Assembly: GCA_041640655.1 (NCBI GenBank)
Contig: JBEPZV010000064.1
Location: forward strand, 1-12,342
Source: a bacterium
Lineage (GTDB): Bacteria; Acidobacteriota; Blastocatellia; HR10
Direction: 5' to 3'
DNA: 12,342 nucleotides
Part shown: positions 8,239 to 12,342 of the stretch, piece by piece
Position numbering within the stretch: position 1 is the first letter of the stretch
Layout: each line of letters opens with the position of its first letter
The notes under the pieces: model-generated
The model's database searches: none
What the model saw: the letters and a program-made list of their open reading frames with translations, nothing else
Told to the model about the DNA's origin: nothing
Position numbers and translations under genes: made by a program

Positions 8239-9618
8239 ATGCGATCGGCCGTGATCTTCGCCGGAGTTTCGCCGCATCCTCCGATCATCATCCCGGAGGT
8301 CGGGGGCCGACACGTGAAGGACGTCGAGGCGACGGTGCGTGGCGTTGAGCAGATGATGCAGCGTTTGGTCGCATCGCGGCCGGATGTCGTGGTCATCATC
8401 AGCCCGCATGCGCCGCTCGATCCTCAGAGTTTCAGCGCCTACAGTGGCCCTCGGCTGCGCGGGGACTTGTGGGATTTCGGCGCGCCGCAGGTCGAATTCG
8501 ATGTCCCGAATCACGTGGTGCTGCTGTCGCGCCTGGTTGCCGTGGCGCACGAGCGTGGATTGCCGATGTGGCTCGTGCCAGCCGGACGCCGATTGGATCA
8601 TGGCACGATGGTCCCGCTCTACTATTTGCTCAAAGCGGGATGGCGGTCGAGCGTCTTGGTCGTGGGCTTATCGTTGCGCCCGTTTGAGGACCACATGCGC
8701 TTTGGCGAGTGCTTGGCCGAAGCGGCCGAGCAGCTGGGCCTGCGCGTGGCGCTCTGCGCCAGCGGTGACATGAGCCACCGATTGAAGCCCGGAGCTCCGG
8801 CCGGGTATCATCCTGAAGCGCATCGGTACGATGAGGCGATCGTCGAGGCGATTCGCGCGGGCGATTTCGAGCGCATCCTGCGGATTGATCCCGATCTGCG
8901 CGAGGAAGCGGGCGAGGACATCTATCGGTCGCTTCTGATCGCCTACGGCGCTTTGGGGCGCACGCTCCATCGCCCGGAGGTCTTCTCCTACGAGGGGCCG
9001 TTCGGCGTCGGGTACATGGCGGCCATCCTCGCCGATTATTCGACAGGGGATGGACCGGGTGAGCGCGTGGGTGAGGCGGAGTTGCCCGCGCTCGCGCGGC
9101 GCGCGGTCGAGGCCTACGTGAAGGAGAAGCGCGTGCTTGATCCCCCGCTGCACCTTCAGGGGGTGGCGGCCGAGCGCGCTGGGGTCTTCGTCAGCATCAA
9201 GACGCGCCAGGGGCACTTGCGGGGATGCATCGGGACCATCGAGCCGGTCCATGAGAACGTCGCCCGCGAGGTCATTCACAACGCCATCGCCGCGGCCACG
9301 CGGGATCCGCGGTTTGACCCGGTGCGCGAGGAGGAGCTGGAGGATTTGGTGTTCTCGGTGGACATCCTCTCACCGCCGGAGCCGGTGACGGACCCGAAGG
9401 GGCTGGATCCGAAGCGCTATGGGGTCATTGTGGAGACGGATGATGGGCGGCGCGGACTGTTGTTGCCGGATCTGCCCGGGATCGAGACGGTCGAGGAGCA
9501 GCTCCGTTACGCGCGGATGAAGGCGGGGATCCGACCGGATGAGCCCGCTCGGATCTCGCGCTTCACCGTTCGACGGATTCGGGAGGGTGGGCGCGCGGTG
9601 GTGGGGAGTGAGGAATGA
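8239..9618 (+). CDS. Fused MEMO1/LigB-like domain + AMMECR1 domain protein (AmmeMemoRadiSam protein B+A type), ~459 aa
   Basis: Start moved to ATG 8239 (SD GAGGT at 8229-8233). N-domain motifs PHPP, IISPH, LDHG, SGDMSH and [11 protein letters not shown]-domain motifs GVFVS, LRGCIG (9217-9234), DPRF, SVDILS, and GLLLPDL, which are AMMECR1 signatures. Confidence 0.9.
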   Translation: MRSAVIFAGVSPHPPIIIPEVGGRHVKDVEATVRGVEQMMQRLVASRPDVVVIISPHAPLDPQSFSAYSGPRLRGDLWDFGAPQVEFDVPNHVVLLSRLVAVAHERGLPMWLVPAGRRLDHGTMVPLYYLLKAGWRSSVLVVGLSLRPFEDHMRFGECLAEAAEQLGLRVALCASGDMSHRLKPGAPAGYHPEAHRYDEAIVEAIRAGDFERILRIDPDLREEAGEDIYRSLLIAYGALGRTLHRPEVFSYEGPFGVGYMAAILADYSTGDGPGERVGEAELPALARRAVEAYVKEKRVLDPPLHLQGVAAERAGVFVSIKTRQGHLRGCIGTIEPVHENVAREVIHNAIAAATRDPRFDPVREEELEDLVFSVDILSPPEPVTDPKGLDPKRYGVIVETDDGRRGLLLPDLPGIETVEEQLRYARMKAGIRPDEPARISRFTVRRIREGGRAVVGSEE

Positions 9619-10784
9619 TCGTGCATCTTCAGCTCGGAGGGACGCCTATGGTCTCATACGAGGACATCGAGATGCTGAAGGCCTATGTGCCGCAGGGCGA
9701 TGGATGGGTGTTGAGCCTGTATCTGGATGTGGATCAATCGAAGGCGAGCAATCTGAAGCGCGGCTTCGAGACGGTGGTGCATAATCTGTTGCGAGACGTC
9801 GAGCGCGGGGTGGATGAGCGGGCGCGCGAGGAGTTCGAGCTGAATCGCGCGCGCCTGTTGCGCTTCCTTCGCAGTTACGAGCCGAGGAAGAAGAGCCTGG
9901 TCGTCTTCTGCGACGCTCGACATGATTTCTGGTGGGACCGCGATCTGCCGGTCTCCATGCCGAGCGTGGCGCGCTTTGAGAACGCCCCGTATCTTCGACC
10001 GCTCATCGAGGCCCTCGATGAATATGAGCGCTACGGCGTCGTCCTCATGGACAAGGAGAAGGCGCGCTTCTTCACCGTGTATATGGGTGAGATCCAGGAA
10101 CACGAGGCCGTCTTCGATGAGGTGCCGCGCCGCACGGTGACGACGAGCATGGATCGGCTGTGGTCGCAGAAGAACCTGCAGCGGCATCACGATGCGCATG
10201 TGCATTGGCATGCTGTGCATGTGGCCGAGCGTTTGCGGGAGTTGGTGGAGCGGTATCGTTTCGATCGGCTCATCGTCGGGGGGACGGTGGAGGCCGTGGG
10301 CGAGTTGATGCGCGTCTTGCCCAAGCGCTTGAGCGAGCGCGTCGCGGGCACGATCTCTCTCCCCGTCACGGCACCCCCTCAGGATGTCCTGGCCGAGGTG
10401 ATTCGCATCGAAGAGCAGGTCGAGCGCCAGGCCGAGCTGCAGATGGTGGAAGCTCTGCTGACGGCCGCCGCCAAAGGGGATCGCGCCGTCGTCGGTCCGA
10501 CGGCGACGTTGGAGGCGCTCAATGAAGGGCGGGTCTGGCGGCTCGTCTATGCGGGCCAGTGTACGCTCACGGGCTCGGCCTGCGCGCAGTGCGGCGCGCT
10601 CTTCTGGGAGCCGCAGCGCGCGACCTGTTGGTATTGCGGGGGGACTTTGGAAGCTGTCCCCGGCTTCCTCAATCGCGTCTTGGAGCGCGTGCTCGTGCTG
10701 GGCGGCAGTGTGGAAGAGGTGCGGGGACCGGCAGCGGAGCGATTAGAAGCCGCCGGGGGGATCGGGGCCTTCTTACGCTATTGA
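9615..10784 (+). CDS. Bacterial archaeo-eukaryotic release factor homologue (baeRF1 / aRF1-pelota-like, three domains with zinc ribbon); alternative start at 9648
   Basis: N-domain VLSLYL; PYLRPL linker; RNase-H-like middle domain [14 protein letters not shown]...VP...WSQ..LQR...LIVGG; L7Ae-like C-domain [17 protein letters not shown] with CxxC...CxxC; C-terminal GGIGAFLRY, as in aRF1/pelota. ATG 9615 overlaps the upstream stop (ATGA); ATG 9648 has SD GGAGG at 9636-9640. Confidence 0.88.
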   Translation: MIVHLQLGGTPMVSYEDIEMLKAYVPQGDGWVLSLYLDVDQSKASNLKRGFETVVHNLLRDVERGVDERAREEFELNRARLLRFLRSYEPRKKSLVVFCDARHDFWWDRDLPVSMPSVARFENAPYLRPLIEALDEYERYGVVLMDKEKARFFTVYMGEIQEHEAVFDEVPRRTVTTSMDRLWSQKNLQRHHDAHVHWHAVHVAERLRELVERYRFDRLIVGGTVEAVGELMRVLPKRLSERVAGTISLPVTAPPQDVLAEVIRIEEQVERQAELQMVEALLTAAAKGDRAVVGPTATLEALNEGRVWRLVYAGQCTLTGSACAQCGALFWEPQRATCWYCGGTLEAVPGFLNRVLERVLVLGGSVEEVRGPAAERLEAAGGIGAFLRY

Positions 10785-10802
10785 TCAAGGGGGAGAGGGG
10801 TG

Positions 10803-11552
10803 ATGGCTGAGGAGACCATAGACGTTTTGGCCGTTGGCGCTCATCCCGATGATGTGGAGTTGGCGATGGGCGGGACACTGCTTAAGCTGGCGTCCTTGGG
10901 ATATCGCACGGGCATTCTGGATATGACGCGCGGAGAGGCCGGGACGCGCGGGACGCCCGAGGAGCGGGCGCGCGAAGCCCGCGAGGCGGCGCGCCTTCTG
11001 CGCGTCGTCGTGCGCGAGACGCTCGGGCTGCCCGACAGCCGCGTCCGCTGCGACGAGGAGGCGCGGCGCGCCTTCGTGCGCGTGCTGCGTCGGCTCCGAC
11101 CGAAAGTCGTCTTCACGCACTATTGGGAAGATCCACATCCGGATCACGCGCAGACGAGTCGGATCGTTCGCGAGGCGGTCTTCTTGGCGGGCTTACCGAA
11201 GTATGATCCGGAGACGGGGCATGCGCGGCATCGGCCGAACGCTCTCGCGTATTTCCTCTTCCCGCGCACGCTCCCGCCGAGCTTCATCGTGGACATCACG
11301 GCCTTCGCCGAGGAGAAGCTGCGGGCGATCCGCGCGCATCGTTCGCAACTCTACGATCCCTCGCGTCCGGAGCCGGAGACGCGGATCAGCGCCGAGAGCT
11401 TCCTGCGGCGCGTGGAAGCGCGGCAGCGCTACTACGGGGCGCTCATTGATGTCGAGCATGGGGAAGCCTTCCTCGTGCGCGAGGCGCTGAACGTCGAGGA
11501 TCCCGTGGCGCTGCTCACGCGCTCGATGAACATCTACTCGTACTTCATCTGA
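10803..11552 (+). CDS. bshB1: PIG-L/LmbE-family zinc deacetylase, BshB1-like (bacillithiol biosynthesis GlcNAc-malate deacetylase)
   Basis: Motifs [35 protein letters not shown] and YG..I....GEAF. ATG 10803 (or GTG 10800) follows a G-rich SD. Family is secure; exact substrate is inferred. Confidence 0.82.
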   Translation: MAEETIDVLAVGAHPDDVELAMGGTLLKLASLGYRTGILDMTRGEAGTRGTPEERAREAREAARLLRVVVRETLGLPDSRVRCDEEARRAFVRVLRRLRPKVVFTHYWEDPHPDHAQTSRIVREAVFLAGLPKYDPETGHARHRPNALAYFLFPRTLPPSFIVDITAFAEEKLRAIRAHRSQLYDPSRPEPETRISAESFLRRVEARQRYYGALIDVEHGEAFLVREALNVEDPVALLTRSMNIYSYFI

Positions 11553-11566
11553 GCGAGGGGGGACGT

Positions 11567-11893
11567 ATGGCGGCGGAATATTGTGTGGGACTCATCACGA
11601 CGGGCAGTCGGGAAGAGGCGGAGCGCATCGCGGAAGCGCTCGTCCATCAGCGCCTGGCGGCGTGCGTCACGCTGGTGCCCGAGGTCGCGTCCGTGTACTG
11701 GTGGGAGGGGCGGGTCGTGCGAGATCGCGAGGCGCTGCTCCTGGTGAAGACGAGTCGAGCGAAGTGGCCGGCGCTCATGGCCGCCGTCCGGGAGTGGCAC
11801 AGCTATCAAGTTCCGGAGATCATCGCTCTCCCCATCGTGGAGGGATCGGCGAGCTATCTGCAGTGGCTCGAGCAATCCCTCGCCGAATCTTGA
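11567..11893 (+). CDS. cutA: Divalent-cation tolerance protein CutA
   Basis: Motifs A..IA..LV..RLAACV, S.YWWEG, E.LLLVKT, HSYQVPEIIALPI..G...YLQWL. Confidence 0.95.
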   Translation: MAAEYCVGLITTGSREEAERIAEALVHQRLAACVTLVPEVASVYWWEGRVVRDREALLLVKTSRAKWPALMAAVREWHSYQVPEIIALPIVEGSASYLQWLEQSLAES

Positions 11894-11918
11894 TCCGCGG
11901 GGGGAGATTTGCTACCTT
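11890..11918 (+). promoter_or_regulatory. Putative sigma70-type promoter for the IHF/HU gene
   Basis: -35 TTGATC (11890-11895, overlapping the cutA stop), exactly 17-bp spacer, -10 TACCTT (11913-11918) preceded by an extended -10 TG at 11910-11911. Confidence 0.6.
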
Positions 11919-11947
11919 AGCGCGTGTTCTCGGTGAGGGGGGAAGCT

Positions 11948-12280
11948 ATGGACAGAGATGCGGAGAAGCCGATCGAAGCGACGACGTCGTCGAAGAAGAA
12001 GACGTTGACGAAGGCTGATCTCATTGAAGAGGTCGCTCGAGCGGCCGAGCTGGCTCGGAAAGATTCGCAGGTCATTGTGGAGACGGTGCTGGAGAGTTTG
12101 GTCAGCGCGTTGAAGCGAGGCGAGGGAATCGAGCTGCGGGGCTTCGGCTCCTTCCGCTTCCGCGAGCGCGGTCCCCGTCGGGGGCGAAATCCGAAGACGG
12201 GCGAGGTGGTGGATGTCCCCCCCAAGCGCATGCCCTATTTCAAGCCGGGGAAGGAGCTGAAGGAGCTGATCAATCAGTAG
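11948..12280 (+). CDS. ihfB: Integration host factor beta-like / HU-family DNA-binding protein
   Basis: Motifs TKADLIE, IELRGFGSF, GRNPKTGE.V.VP and PYFKPGKELKE; the latter motifs are IHF-beta-like. ATG 11948 follows SD GAGGGGGGA. An in-frame TTG at 12005 would give the canonical MTKADL start. Confidence 0.88.
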   Translation: MDRDAEKPIEATTSSKKKTLTKADLIEEVARAAELARKDSQVIVETVLESLVSALKRGEGIELRGFGSFRFRERGPRRGRNPKTGEVVDVPPKRMPYFKPGKELKELINQ

Positions 12281-12304
12281 CATGGATTTCCTCTGGAGTC
12301 CATG
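12281..12304 (+). other. Stem-loop directly after the ihfB stop, enclosing the next start codon
   Basis: CATGGATTTC (12281-12290) pairs with GGAGTCCATG (12295-12304): 10 pairs including two G-U, loop CTCT. Confidence 0.55.
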
Positions 12305-12342
12305 GCGGTTCCGGTACGTCTCGAGCGCCGAGGAGCAGCAGG
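12282..12342 (+). CDS. HIT-family (Ap4A hydrolase/phosphorylase-like) protein, N-terminus only; truncated by the window edge
   Basis: Not in the ORF track. ATG 1 nt after the ihfB stop reads MDFLWSPWRFRYVSSAEEQQ. The LW[S/A]PWR..Y N-terminal motif is characteristic of this HIT subfamily. The HxHxH motif would lie beyond the window. Confidence 0.7.
   Translation, partial: MDFLWSPWRFRYVSSAEEQQ

Noticed and set aside
9741..9761. KASNLKR resembling the eRF1 TASNIKS stop-codon recognition motif
   Set aside because: It lies only a few residues after the SLYL strand, whereas NIKS follows a further helix in aRF1/eRF1. Probably coincidental unless a structural alignment shows otherwise.
12302..12342. 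Alternative downstream start MAVPVRLERRGAA
   Set aside because: The GGAG is only 3 nt from the ATG, and the 12282 frame gives a recognisable HIT-type N-terminus.
1..12342. Mobile element, prophage, CRISPR array or structural RNA gene
   Set aside because: No transposase or integrase motifs, no spaced repeat arrays, no obvious compositional break, and the intergenic gaps (under 80 bp) show no tRNA-like fold.

Overview
GC-rich bacterial chromosomal window with 13 genes, all on the + strand and tightly packed. The order is: 3' end of dnaK, an unknown very acidic 163-aa protein, a zinc-finger-less DnaJ (CbpA-like), clpB, a degP/htrA protease, an unknown ~99-aa protein, ftsH, a fused MEMO/LigB-like + AMMECR1 protein (AmmeMemoRadiSam B+A), an archaeal/eukaryotic-type release-factor homologue (baeRF1/aRF1-like), a BshB1-like deacetylase and cutA. 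After a well-formed internal sigma70-type promoter come an IHF-beta/HU gene and the start of a HIT-family gene. I saw no mobile elements, RNA genes or CRISPR arrays. The most notable feature is that a chaperone/protease (heat-shock) cluster runs directly into a coupled pair of MEMO-AMMECR1 (without its usual radical SAM partner) and an aRF1-like factor whose GGQ/GGxSQ loop has lost its glycines. This may be a stress module for ribosome hibernation or rescue. Two uncharacterised small proteins sit inside the proteostasis genes. All family assignments come from motif recognition by eye; no searches were run.
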